A stretch of DNA of 64,000 nucleotides from Rathayibacter sp. VKM Ac-2760 (lineage in GTDB: Bacteria; Actinomycetota; Actinomycetes; Actinomycetales; Microbacteriaceae), in NCBI RefSeq assembly GCF_009834185.1, contig NZ_CP047173.1:1391725-1455724 (forward strand), written 5' to 3'. Shown here piece after piece: positions 1 to 8,706 of this stretch (the stretch's first letter is position 1; each line of letters opens with the position of its first letter). Under the pieces are notes generated by a model. It was not told where the DNA came from. It made no database searches and saw only the letters and a list, made by a program, of their open reading frames with translations. Made by a program: the position numbers and the translations under genes.

Positions 1-110
1 GCCGCGATCGGCGACTCCGTCGTCTCGCGACTCCGCTGACCCTCCTCTCCGGCCCCGCCCCCGGGCCGCCGCCACTCCAGGCCCGCACGCCACTCCAGGA
101 AGAACCCCTC

Positions 111-1217
111 ATGACCGACACCCTCCCCGCGCAGGACCTCGCCTTCGAGGTGACCGCCAACCCGCAGCCCCGTTCCGCCGAGGAGCGCGCGCGCATCCTC
201 GCCAACCCGGGCTTCGGCGTCCACTTCACCGACCACATGGTCGACATCGGCTGGTCGCGCGCCGGCGGCTGGCACACTCCGCGCGTCGAGCCGTACGGCC
301 CGATCTCGCTCGACCCCGCCGCGGCCGTGCTGCACTACGCGCAGGAGATCTTCGAGGGGATGAAGGCCTACCGCCACGCGGACGGCTCGATCTGGACCTT
401 CCGCCCCGAGGCGAACGCCGGCCGGCTGCAGCGCTCCGCCCGGCGACTCGCGCTGCCCGAGCTGCCGACCGAGCTGTTCGTCGAGTCGCTCCGGCAGCTG
501 ATCGCGGCCGACGGCGCCTGGGTGCCCTCCGAGCCGGAGACGAGCCTGTACCTGCGGCCGTTCATGTTCGCGCAGGAGGCGTTCCTCGGTGTGCGCGCGG
601 CCGAGCAGGTCGCGTACTACGTGATCGCGAGCCCGGCCGGCGCCTACTTCTCCGGCGGCGTCGCCCCGGTGTCGATCTGGCTGTCGACGTCCTTCGCCCG
701 CGCGGGCAAGGGCGGCACGGGAGCGGCGAAGACCGGCGGCAACTACGCCTCGTCGCTGCTGCCGCAGCAGGAGGCCTACCAGCACGGCTGCGCGCAGGTG
801 CTCTTCCTCGACTCGCAGGAGTCGCGCTGGATCGAGGAGCTCGGCGGCATGAACGTCGTGCTGGTCAAGAAGGACGGCACGCTCGTCACGCCGGAGTCGG
901 ACTCGATCCTCGAGGGGATCACACGCGACAGCGTGCTGCAGCTCGCCGAGGACCGCGGTCACCGCGTGGAGCGCCGCCAGGTGTCGATCGACGAGTGGCG
1001 CGACGGGGTCGAGTCCGGTGACGTCGTCGAGGTGTTCGCCTGCGGGACCGCGGCGGTCATCACCCCGATCGCCGAGCTCAAGGGCGACGGCTTCTCGGTA
1101 GGCCACGAGGGTGCGCCGGCCGGCGCGCTGACGATGTCGCTGCGCGAGGAGCTGACCGACATCCAGTACGGACGTCGCGAGGACACGCACGGCTGGATGA
1201 CGAGGTTGGACGCATGA
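111..1217 (+). CDS. ilvE: branched-chain amino acid aminotransferase (class IV PLP enzyme)
   Basis: 368-aa ORF; EGMKAYR and NYA motifs and overall BCAT-like sequence; ATGA overlap with downstream gene. Confidence 0.9.
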   Translation: MTDTLPAQDLAFEVTANPQPRSAEERARILANPGFGVHFTDHMVDIGWSRAGGWHTPRVEPYGPISLDPAAAVLHYAQEIFEGMKAYRHADGSIWTFRPEANAGRLQRSARRLALPELPTELFVESLRQLIAADGAWVPSEPETSLYLRPFMFAQEAFLGVRAAEQVAYYVIASPAGAYFSGGVAPVSIWLSTSFARAGKGGTGAAKTGGNYASSLLPQQEAYQHGCAQVLFLDSQESRWIEELGGMNVVLVKKDGTLVTPESDSILEGITRDSVLQLAEDRGHRVERRQVSIDEWRDGVESGDVVEVFACGTAAVITPIAELKGDGFSVGHEGAPAGALTMSLREELTDIQYGRREDTHGWMTRLDA

Positions 1218-1999
1218 AGATCGCACGATTCGCCACGCAGCGCTCCGGGGACAACGGGGGAGCGATCCACTTCGGGATCCTGGACGAGGACGACCTGGTC
1301 GTGCTCGCCGGGGACCCGATGTTCGCGGGCTTCGAGACCACGGGGGAGCGGATCCCGCTCGCCGAGGCGAAGCTGCTCGCGCCGGTGATCCCGCGCTCGA
1401 AGGTGATCGGGATCGGCAAGAACTACTCCGACCATGCGGCCGAGATGGGCGGCGACGCTCCGGCCGAGCCGCTGATGTTCCTGAAGCCGAACACCTCCGT
1501 GATCGGGCCGGACGAGGCGATCGTGCTGCCCGAGGACAGCCAGCAGGTGGAGTTCGAGGGCGAGCTGGCCGTCGTGATCGGCGCGATCGCGCGGAACGTG
1601 CGCGCGGAGGACTACGAGGACGTGGTCTTCGGCTACACGATCGCGAACGACGTGACGGCGCGCGATCTGCAGAAGTCGGACGGGCAGTGGGCGCGGGCCA
1701 AGGGCTACGACACGTTCTGCCCGATCGGGCCGGTCATCGAGACCGAGTTCGTCTGGAACGAGAGCGCGCTCGAGACGCGGGTCAACGGGCGGCGGATGCA
1801 GTCCGGGAACACGGGCGACATGATCCACGGGGTGCCCGAGATCATCGCGTACGTCTCGCGGGTGTTCACTCTGCTGCCGGGCGACATCATCCTGACCGGG
1901 ACGCCGGCCGGCGTCGGTCCGATCGCGAACGGCGACACGGTCGCCATCGACATCGAGGGCATCGGCACGCTCTTCAGCCCGGTGGTGTCCCGGGCCTGA
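1214..1999 (+). CDS. fumarylacetoacetate hydrolase (FAH) family protein
   Basis: 261-aa ORF; FAH-fold pattern (KIIGIGKNY, GTPAGVG). Confidence 0.8.
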   Translation: MKIARFATQRSGDNGGAIHFGILDEDDLVVLAGDPMFAGFETTGERIPLAEAKLLAPVIPRSKVIGIGKNYSDHAAEMGGDAPAEPLMFLKPNTSVIGPDEAIVLPEDSQQVEFEGELAVVIGAIARNVRAEDYEDVVFGYTIANDVTARDLQKSDGQWARAKGYDTFCPIGPVIETEFVWNESALETRVNGRRMQSGNTGDMIHGVPEIIAYVSRVFTLLPGDIILTGTPAGVGPIANGDTVAIDIEGIGTLFSPVVSRA

Positions 2000-2002
2000 C
2001 CC

Positions 2003-2070
2003 GTCTCGCGAGATGCCACTTGTGCGCGCTTTTCACGGCGTGTCGCGGGCACAAGTGGCATCTCGCGGGT
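2003..2070. repeat. palindromic intergenic repeat, family 1 (copy 1); terminator-like hairpin downstream of the FAH gene
   Basis: CGCGAGATGCCACTTGTG ... CACAAGTGGCATCTCGCG inverted arms; same element recurs at 3999, 18134, 58521. Confidence 0.85.
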
Positions 2071-2164
2071 GGGGGTCAGGTGTCGCAGCGGCGGGTGCTT
2101 CACCGTGCTCCCCGGAGCTGTCAAGCGGAGACGCTCGGCGGGGGTGGAGTCGTAGCGTCGAAGC

Positions 2165-3943
2165 ATGAGCTCGCCCCGCACGACCCGCAGCACCGAGACC
2201 ACCGCCACGAAGAAGAGCACCACGAAGAAGAGCACCACGAAGACGTCCGCCACGAAGAAGATCACCACCGCGAAGTCCGCCATGGCGAAGAAGAGCACCG
2301 CGACGAAGAGCACCCGCAGCACCGTCGATCGCATCGCCCGCGAGGACTTCGGCTGGACGTCGCTGCTGCCGGGGCAGCGCGAGGCCATCGAGTCGGCCGC
2401 CGCAGGGCGGGACACGCTGCTCGTGCTCGCGACGGGCGGCGGCAAGTCCGCGGTGTACCAGATCGCCGGTGCCGAGCGCGGGGGCGTCGTCCTCGTCGTC
2501 TCTCCGCTCGTCGCGCTCCAGGCCGACCAGCTCGCCTCGATCGGGGCCGCGCCGGCCGCGCCGCCCGCCGTCGCCGTCAACTCCGCCCAGGGCACCGCCG
2601 CCGTCGCGCGGGCCTGGGAGCGCATCGACGAGGGCGGCCCGCTGTACGTGCTGCTCGCTCCGGAGCAGCTGGCCAAGGAGGAGAACGTCGCGCGCCTCGC
2701 TGCGGCCGGCGTCTCGCTCCTGGTCGTCGACGAGGCGCACTGCGTCTCCTCCTGGGGCCACGACTTCCGCCCGGACTACCTGCGGCTGAAGGACGTCCGC
2801 AGCGCGCTGGGCGATCCGCCCGTGCTCGCGATGACCGCGACCGCCTCCCGACCGGTGCGCGAGGAGATCATCGAGCGCCTCGGCATGACCGACCCCGAGG
2901 TGCAGGTGCACGGGGTCGACCGCCCCGAGATCCGCCTCGTGGTGCACCGCCACGAGAGCGAGAACGAGAAGCGCACGGCCGTCGCCGAGGAGGCCCGCAG
3001 CTGGACGGCTCCCGGGCTGGTCTACGTGGCCACGCGCAAGGAGACCGAGACCTACGCGGCGGAGATCGCCGCCGAGGGCCGCTCCGTCGCGGCGTACCAC
3101 GCGGGGCTCAAGACGAGCGAGCGGCGCGACGTGCACCGGCAGTGGCGCGACGGCGAGCTGGACGTCGTGGTCGCGACCTCCGCCTTCGGGATGGGGATCG
3201 ACCGCGGCGACGTGCGCTTCGTGCTGCACGCGACGACGTCCGAGTCGCTCGATGCGTACTACCAGGAGATCGGGCGCGCCGGTCGCGACAGCGAGCCCGC
3301 GACGGCCGCACTGCACTACCGGCTCGAGGACCTGGGACTGCGGCGCTTCTTCGCGAAGCGCCGGGTCGAGCCGGCCGCGCTGCGGGTGGTGTGGGCGGCC
3401 GTGTCCGACAGGCCGGGCGTGCAGGTCGACGAGCTGGCGGAGGCGCTGGGCAAGTCGCCGCGCACCGTCGCGCGGCTGGTCAACGACCTGGCCGAGGCCG
3501 ACCTGCTCGAGACCGAGGGCGGCCTGCGGGCCGTCAGCGACGCGAGCGGCGACGCCGCCGTGCGCGCGGTGAAGGAGGAGCTCGCCTCGCGCGAGCGGAT
3601 CGCCGAATCGCGGCTGTCGATGATGCGCGCCTACGCCGAGACCTCGCAGTGCCGGCGGCGCGTGCTGCTCGACTACTTCGGCGTCGAGGGCCCGGAGTGG
3701 TGCGGCAACTGCGACGGCTGCGAGCGGCACGAGGCACGGCAGGAGGCGGCACAGGACGCTCCCGCCGATGCTCCGCTGAGCGTGGACGAGACGGTCGAGC
3801 ACCGCGCATGGGGCGCCGGCACCGTGATGAGCGTGGAGGACGACCGCGCGACGATCTTCTTCGAGACGGAGGGCTACAAGGTGCTGTCGTTCGCGGCGCT
3901 GGAGTCCGGAGTGCTGCGGGAGCGGGAGGCCGTCTCGGCGTAG
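2165..3943 (+). CDS. recQ: RecQ-family ATP-dependent DNA helicase with Lys/Thr-rich N-terminal tail
   Basis: helicase motifs (GGGKS, VVDEAHCVSSWGHDFRPDY), RecQ Zn-finger CRRRVLLDYFG...CGNCDGC; N-terminal TTKKSTTKK low-complexity repeats. Confidence 0.9.
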   Translation: MSSPRTTRSTETTATKKSTTKKSTTKTSATKKITTAKSAMAKKSTATKSTRSTVDRIAREDFGWTSLLPGQREAIESAAAGRDTLLVLATGGGKSAVYQIAGAERGGVVLVVSPLVALQADQLASIGAAPAAPPAVAVNSAQGTAAVARAWERIDEGGPLYVLLAPEQLAKEENVARLAAAGVSLLVVDEAHCVSSWGHDFRPDYLRLKDVRSALGDPPVLAMTATASRPVREEIIERLGMTDPEVQVHGVDRPEIRLVVHRHESENEKRTAVAEEARSWTAPGLVYVATRKETETYAAEIAAEGRSVAAYHAGLKTSERRDVHRQWRDGELDVVVATSAFGMGIDRGDVRFVLHATTSESLDAYYQEIGRAGRDSEPATAALHYRLEDLGLRRFFAKRRVEPAALRVVWAAVSDRPGVQVDELAEALGKSPRTVARLVNDLAEADLLETEGGLRAVSDASGDAAVRAVKEELASRERIAESRLSMMRAYAETSQCRRRVLLDYFGVEGPEWCGNCDGCERHEARQEAAQDAPADAPLSVDETVEHRAWGAGTVMSVEDDRATIFFETEGYKVLSFAALESGVLREREAVSA

Positions 3944-3998
3944 AGGCGGGGTCTCGAGACGCCGTCCTGCGGACGGCTGCTCGACCGGCAAGGCCACT

Positions 3999-4061
3999 CC
4001 GCGAGATGCCACTTGTGAGCGGGCGACACGGCGTGTCGCGCTCACAAGTGGCATCTCGCGG
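3999..4061. repeat. palindromic intergenic repeat, family 1 (copy 2); between convergent recQ and DUF2795 gene
   Basis: perfect 23-bp arms CCGCGAGATGCCACTTGTGAGCG / CGCTCACAAGTGGCATCTCGCGG around a 17-nt loop that is itself palindromic (GCGACAC/GTGTCGC). Confidence 0.9.
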
Positions 4062-4068
4062 GAGGGGG

Positions 4069-4260
4069 TCAGGCCTGGGAGACGGCGGAGCTCACGTCGG
4101 TGGGCTTGTCGTAGTCGCCCTCGGGGATCGCGCGGAGGGCGTCGAGGACGTCGGCGCCGGCGCCCTGCTTCTCGGCGGCCTCGACGATGGTGTCCTTCGA
4201 GGCCGGGTAGTCGATCCCGGAGAGGTGCTTCTGGATCTCGATCGGGGTGGGTACAGCCAT
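4069..4260 (-). CDS. small DUF2795-like protein (63 aa)
   Basis: ORF MAVPTPIEIQKHLSGIDYPASKDTIVEAAEKQG...; last gene of a minus-strand run. Confidence 0.55.
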   Translation of the reverse strand: MAVPTPIEIQKHLSGIDYPASKDTIVEAAEKQGAGADVLDALRAIPEGDYDKPTDVSSAVSQA

Positions 4261-4325
4261 GGTGCTGTCCTTTCGTGGTGGTGCGGGGAGTGCTCCTCGG
4301 CGAGGAGCACGACGGAGCGAGCCGC

Positions 4326-5801
4326 TCAGGGCGTCGACGACGAGCGGATGCGCTGGACCATCTCGCTCGTGGAGTGCTCGGAGACGTAGCCCACCGTGGT
4401 GACGGTGCCGCCGTAGGAGCGGACGACCACCGCCTCCGCGAGCATGTCGGGGGCGTAGTCGCCGCCCTTCACGTAGACGTCGGGCCGCACGCGCTCGAGC
4501 AGCGGGATCGGGGTGTCGCCGCTGAACAGGGTGACGTAGTCGACGCAGCCCAGCTCGGCGATCACGCCCGCGCGGTCGCCCTCGGGGTTGATCGGGCGGC
4601 CCTCGCCCTTCAGCCGGCGCACCGAGTCGTCGTCGTTGACCGCGACGACCAGCACGTCGCCGAGCTCGCGCGCCTGGCGGAGGTAGGCGGTGTGGCCGCG
4701 GTGCAGCACGTCGAAGCAGCCGTTGGTGAAGACGATGCGGCGGCCGCGACGGGCCTGCTCGGCGAGCACCTCGACGAGGCCGTCCTCGCCGAGCACCACG
4801 GCGCCGGGGGCGGCGAGCGAGGCGAGCAGATCGTCCGCGGTGCAGACGGAGGTGCCGGGGCGCTGGACGACGACGTCGGCCGCGGCCTGCGCCAGGTCGA
4901 CGGCGGTCGCGAGCGAGCGGCCGGCGGCGAGGGCGAGAGTCGCGGTGGCGGCGAAGGTGTCGCCGGCTCCGGAGGCCTGCTTCTCCTCCGCGGGCTGGGC
5001 GAAGGTGCGGCTGACCGTGCCGTCGGCGTCGAGCGCGGTCGAGCCGTCGCGGTCGAGAGTGACCACGACGTGCCGGGCGCCGGAGCGCTCGCGCAGGCGG
5101 CCAGCCGCGGCGCGGACGGCGGCGGCGCGCTCGGCGCCGCGGCCGAGCGGAGTGCCGAGGAGGCGCTCCGCCTCCTTCGCGTTCGGGGTGACCAGGTCGG
5201 GCGCCGCGAAGGCCCAGTCGGCGAGCTCGTGCGCATCGATCACGAGGAGTCCGGGGCGCTGCACGGCGAGCACGCGCTCGATCGCGGCGCGGAGGATCCC
5301 GGAACCGTAGTCGCAGACGAGCACGGCGTCGGCGCCGTCGGCCGCGCGGACGGCGGCCTCGGCGAGCTCGGTCAGCTCGGGGTCGGACGGGCGGTGCGGA
5401 CCGGAGTCGACGCGCAGCATCACGCTGTCGCCGCCGACGACGCGGGTCTTGATCGTGGTCGAGGCGTCGCTCCGGACGATCGCGCCGGTGTCCAGGCCGG
5501 CGCGCTCGAGCGCGGCGAGGAGGCGGTCGCCCTCGGCGTCGCGGCCGGCGACCCCGACCGTGCGCACCTCGGCGCCGAGCGCCCGCAGGTTCGCCGCGGT
5601 GTTGGCCGCACCGCCGGCGACATCGACGACGTCCTCGAGGCGCAGCACGGGCGCGGGCGCCTCGCGGGTGACCCGCTCGGCCTCGCCGAGCCACCAGGAG
5701 TCGAGGATGAGGTCGCCGACGACGGCGACGACCGGCGGCCGCTCGCGCACGTGCGCGACCAGCGCGCTCGCCCGCTGCAGCGCGGAGCCCTCGAGGCTCA
5801 T
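4326..5801 (-). CDS. hldE: bifunctional D-beta-D-heptose 7-phosphate kinase / D-beta-D-heptose 1-phosphate adenylyltransferase
   Basis: N-terminal pfkB kinase domain (GAGDTF) plus C-terminal cytidylyltransferase domain (FTNGCFDVLHRGH...RRLKG); ATGA overlap with upstream ALDH. Confidence 0.88.
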   Translation of the reverse strand: MSLEGSALQRASALVAHVRERPPVVAVVGDLILDSWWLGEAERVTREAPAPVLRLEDVVDVAGGAANTAANLRALGAEVRTVGVAGRDAEGDRLLAALERAGLDTGAIVRSDASTTIKTRVVGGDSVMLRVDSGPHRPSDPELTELAEAAVRAADGADAVLVCDYGSGILRAAIERVLAVQRPGLLVIDAHELADWAFAAPDLVTPNAKEAERLLGTPLGRGAERAAAVRAAAGRLRERSGARHVVVTLDRDGSTALDADGTVSRTFAQPAEEKQASGAGDTFAATATLALAAGRSLATAVDLAQAAADVVVQRPGTSVCTADDLLASLAAPGAVVLGEDGLVEVLAEQARRGRRIVFTNGCFDVLHRGHTAYLRQARELGDVLVVAVNDDDSVRRLKGEGRPINPEGDRAGVIAELGCVDYVTLFSGDTPIPLLERVRPDVYVKGGDYAPDMLAEAVVVRSYGGTVTTVGYVSEHSTSEMVQRIRSSSTP

Positions 5802-7240
5802 CGCGCGCCGCCGGGCAGGACGGGGAGGCCGAAGTGCACGACCGTGGTCGTGGTCATCTCGTCGAGCAGCTCCGGGCCGTAGCCGAAGCCCGAGCCGCTG
5901 GTGCCGCGCGGCTGCGCGCTGCCGCCGGGGGCGCCGCCGAAGACGCCGTTGATCTTGACGGTGCCGACGGGGAGGGTCGCCGCGGCGCGGTGCGCGTGCT
6001 CCATGTCGGCGGTGAGCACGGTGGCTGCGAGGCCGTAGGGGCCGGCGGCGGCGCGGGTGAGCGCCTCGTCGAAGGAGTCGACGACGAGGATCGGGGCGAC
6101 GGGGCCGAAGGTCTCCTCGGTCATCACCAGCATCTCGTCGGTGCAGTCGGCGAGGACGGTAGCGGGGTAGAAGGTGCCGTCGCCGGGGGTGCCGCCGGTG
6201 AGGGCGCGGGCGCCGTCGGCGACGGCGGCGGAGACGTGCTCGTGCACGGCGTCGCGCATCCGCTCGTCGACCAGGCGGGGGAGGGGGCCGGCGCTCCAGC
6301 GCTCGGCCTCGGCGACCAGGGCGGCGGTGAAGTCCTCGGCGACGTCGCGGTGCAGGTAGATCCGCTCGACGGAGGTGCAGATCTGGCCCGCGTTGGCGAA
6401 GGCGCCGAGGGCGGCCTGCTCGGCGGCCCAGACCGGGTCGACGTCGCGGTCGACGACGAGCGCGTCGTTGCCGCCGTTCTCGAGGATGGTGTGCGCGCCG
6501 GTGACGGCGGCGATGCGGGCGAGGGCGCGGCCGGTGGCGGTCGAGCCGACGTGCGCGAGGACGTCGACGCCCTCGGTGCGGGCGAGGGCGTCGCCCACGG
6601 CGCCGTCGCCCTCGACCAGGGTCAGCACGCCCTCGGGGAGCGCCTCGGCGAGGATCGAGGTGAAGAGCGCGCCGGTGCCGGGGCTGCGCTCGCTGGGCTT
6701 GTGCACGACGACGTCGCCGGAGACGATCGCGGCGCCGAGCATCCCGGCGGCGACGGCGACCGGGTCGTTCCAGGGGGTGAGCGCGAGGACGACTCCGCGC
6801 GGGTGCGGCAGGGCGAGGTCGACGTTCAGGGCGCCGCCGCGCAGGCTCCTGCCGCGGTGCAGCGGGCCGAGCTCGGCGTACTGCAGCAGGGTGTCGACGC
6901 CGGCGCGGACGCCGCCGAGGGCGTCGCCGGCGGGCTTGCCGGTCTCCTCGGTGTTGAGGTCGGCGAGCTCCTGCTCGCGGGCGGCCACAGCGTGGGCGGC
7001 GGCGCGCAGCAGGGCGCCGCGCTCGGCGGGAGCGGTGGCGGCCCAGGTGGGGAAGGCGGCGCGGGCGCGGGAGACGGCGTCGGCGGCGAGGTCGGCGGGG
7101 GCGCCGGTGGTGCCGGCGGCGGGGGTCGCGGTGTCGATGGTCACGGTCACCTCTCGGTCGGAGGCGTCCGCAGGGGTCGCGGACGCTGATGCCCTCGTCC
7201 GATACCCGCGCGGCGGCGGCTCAAACGGATGGCTCGTCAC
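5798..7240 (-). CDS. aldehyde dehydrogenase family protein (start probably internal to this ORF)
   Basis: ALDH motifs (ENGGNDALVV, FANAGQICTSVER, EETFGPV); first in-frame start overlaps a palindromic repeat so true start uncertain. Confidence 0.8.
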   Translation of the reverse strand: MTSHPFEPPPRGYRTRASASATPADASDREVTVTIDTATPAAGTTGAPADLAADAVSRARAAFPTWAATAPAERGALLRAAAHAVAAREQELADLNTEETGKPAGDALGGVRAGVDTLLQYAELGPLHRGRSLRGGALNVDLALPHPRGVVLALTPWNDPVAVAAGMLGAAIVSGDVVVHKPSERSPGTGALFTSILAEALPEGVLTLVEGDGAVGDALARTEGVDVLAHVGSTATGRALARIAAVTGAHTILENGGNDALVVDRDVDPVWAAEQAALGAFANAGQICTSVERIYLHRDVAEDFTAALVAEAERWSAGPLPRLVDERMRDAVHEHVSAAVADGARALTGGTPGDGTFYPATVLADCTDEMLVMTEETFGPVAPILVVDSFDEALTRAAAGPYGLAATVLTADMEHAHRAAATLPVGTVKINGVFGGAPGGSAQPRGTSGSGFGYGPELLDEMTTTTVVHFGLPVLPGGAR

Positions 7241-7305
7241 AACATCAGCTGAGAAGGCGACTCATCGCCGATGAGCGATGAGCCCCCGATTCAGCTGATG
7301 TTCTG
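7238..7305. repeat. palindromic intergenic repeat, family 2 (copy A)
   Basis: CACAACATCAGCTGAGA ... TTCAGCTGATGTTCTG terminal inverted repeats between GNAT-AIRS gene end and ALDH. Confidence 0.8.
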
Positions 7306-7320
7306 CGGCCGCCGAGTGCG

Positions 7321-8706
7321 TCAGGCCGCGCCGAGGCGGGTGACGGCGGAGGTGATCGCCGGGGTGCTCGCGCCGTCGGGCCAGCGGAGGGTGACGCCCT
7401 CGCCGGGGACGACGCGGCCGATGGCGGCGGTGGCGCTGTGCGGGGTGCCCATCCGGGAGGCGCCGGGGCGGTCGGCGGTGAGCATCGCGAAGCCGGGGAA
7501 GCAGGAGAGCCAGTCGGCGAGGCCGGCGGCGGAGGGGCGGGGGATCGCGGCGACCTCGAGCTCGGCACCCGCCCCGGACGCCTCCGCGAGCATGCCGACG
7601 GTGCCGACGAGCCCGGCCATGCTGACGTCCTTCGCGCCGTCGGGAGCGCAGGCGCCGACGCTCGCAGCGAGGGCGCGGAGCACCTCCGGCGGGCGGCCGG
7701 AGGTCGAGTCCCACTGCAGTCCCGCGTAGCCCGGGCGCCACGCGCCGGAGAGGTCGGCGGTCAGGCTCAGCTGGTGTCCGATCGGGGCGCTGCCCGGGAC
7801 CGGGCGCGCGGTGCGGCCGAGGCCGGTGACCGAGAGCGCGGCGGGCACTCCGAGCTGGGTGTGGCCGCCGAGCAGTGGCACGCCCCAGGCCTCGCTGCCG
7901 GCGCGCAGGCCGCGGAGGATGCGGGCGGCGAAGGAGGCGTCCCGCGCGCCGACCGCGTCGAGCAGGCCGACCGGATCGGCGCCCATCGCGGTGAGGTCGT
8001 TGACGTTGACGAGCACCGAGCACCAGCCCGCCCACTCCGGGTCGCGCTCGACCATCGAGGGGACGATCGCGTCGCAGACGGCGACGAGGTCGGAGCCGGG
8101 GACGGGCGCGCCGTCGTCGCCGCGGAAGCCCGGGCCGCCGAGCTGGCCGGCGAACGCGTCGAGCAGCGGACCGAGGGCGGCCTTGGCCCCGCGAGCGAGG
8201 CGGTCGAAGCGGTCGATCGGCCAGCGCATCCGCACGTGCGGGACGCCGGCCACCTCCGCCGTGCCGAGGCGGTCCCAGCCGAGCCGGCGGAAGAGCACCT
8301 CGTTCTGGGTCTGCACCGTCGCCTCGAAGCGGAGCACGCCGCGCGCCTCGGCCTCGGCGCAGGCGGCCCGGACCAGCGCGGCACCGAGGCCGGCGCCGCC
8401 GCGGGCGCTGCGGCGGACGACCAGGCGACTGCCGGTCCACCAGCCCAGATCGTGCTCCAGCGCGGGCGCGATCCGCACGCCACCGAGCACGCCGTCGGCC
8501 GAGCGCGCGACCAGGACGACCGTGCGCGGATCCTCGTCGAGAGTGTCGCGGTCGTCGGCGTCGAAGAGGCCCTGCTCGGCGACGAAGACCTCGCGGCGCA
8601 GCGCCCGGTAGGCGGCCACCTCGGCCGGGTCCGCGACCACGACCACGAAGGCCTCGCGGGCAGCCGGCGCGACCGCGCGGACCCCCTCGAGGATCGAGAG
8701 CTGCAT
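7321..8706 (-). CDS. fusion protein: MSMEG_0567-type GNAT N-acetyltransferase + AIR-synthase-related (sll0787-type) domain; Nit1C-cluster NitE-NitF equivalent
   Basis: in-frame continuous ORF from MQLSILEG...; GNAT core (RIAPALEHD...GAGLGAALV) followed by PurM-like domain; ATGA overlap with upstream radical SAM gene. Confidence 0.75.
   Translation of the reverse strand: MQLSILEGVRAVAPAAREAFVVVVADPAEVAAYRALRREVFVAEQGLFDADDRDTLDEDPRTVVLVARSADGVLGGVRIAPALEHDLGWWTGSRLVVRRSARGGAGLGAALVRAACAEAEARGVLRFEATVQTQNEVLFRRLGWDRLGTAEVAGVPHVRMRWPIDRFDRLARGAKAALGPLLDAFAGQLGGPGFRGDDGAPVPGSDLVAVCDAIVPSMVERDPEWAGWCSVLVNVNDLTAMGADPVGLLDAVGARDASFAARILRGLRAGSEAWGVPLLGGHTQLGVPAALSVTGLGRTARPVPGSAPIGHQLSLTADLSGAWRPGYAGLQWDSTSGRPPEVLRALAASVGACAPDGAKDVSMAGLVGTVGMLAEASGAGAELEVAAIPRPSAAGLADWLSCFPGFAMLTADRPGASRMGTPHSATAAIGRVVPGEGVTLRWPDGASTPAITSAVTRLGAA

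Noticed and set aside
2003-2070. Short ORF extensions ending in ...REMPLVSGDTGVSRS / VASRG at several loci
   Set aside because: They are translations of the family-1 palindrome (GAGATGCCACTTGTG...) and recur identically wherever the repeat occurs. They are not real C-terminal peptides.
1687-4389. Very long ORFs (e.g. 1687..4389, 2033..4054, 4069..5694, 7262..8440, 12185..15385, 18236..20395 frame beyond the kinase, 22334..24244 N-terminal part) with Arg/Gly/Pro/Ala-rich translations
   Set aside because: These are frame artefacts of >70% GC DNA. They lie antisense to, or out of frame with, well-conserved genes. They have no domain signatures and extreme R/P/G composition. Real genes occupy the same DNA in other frames.
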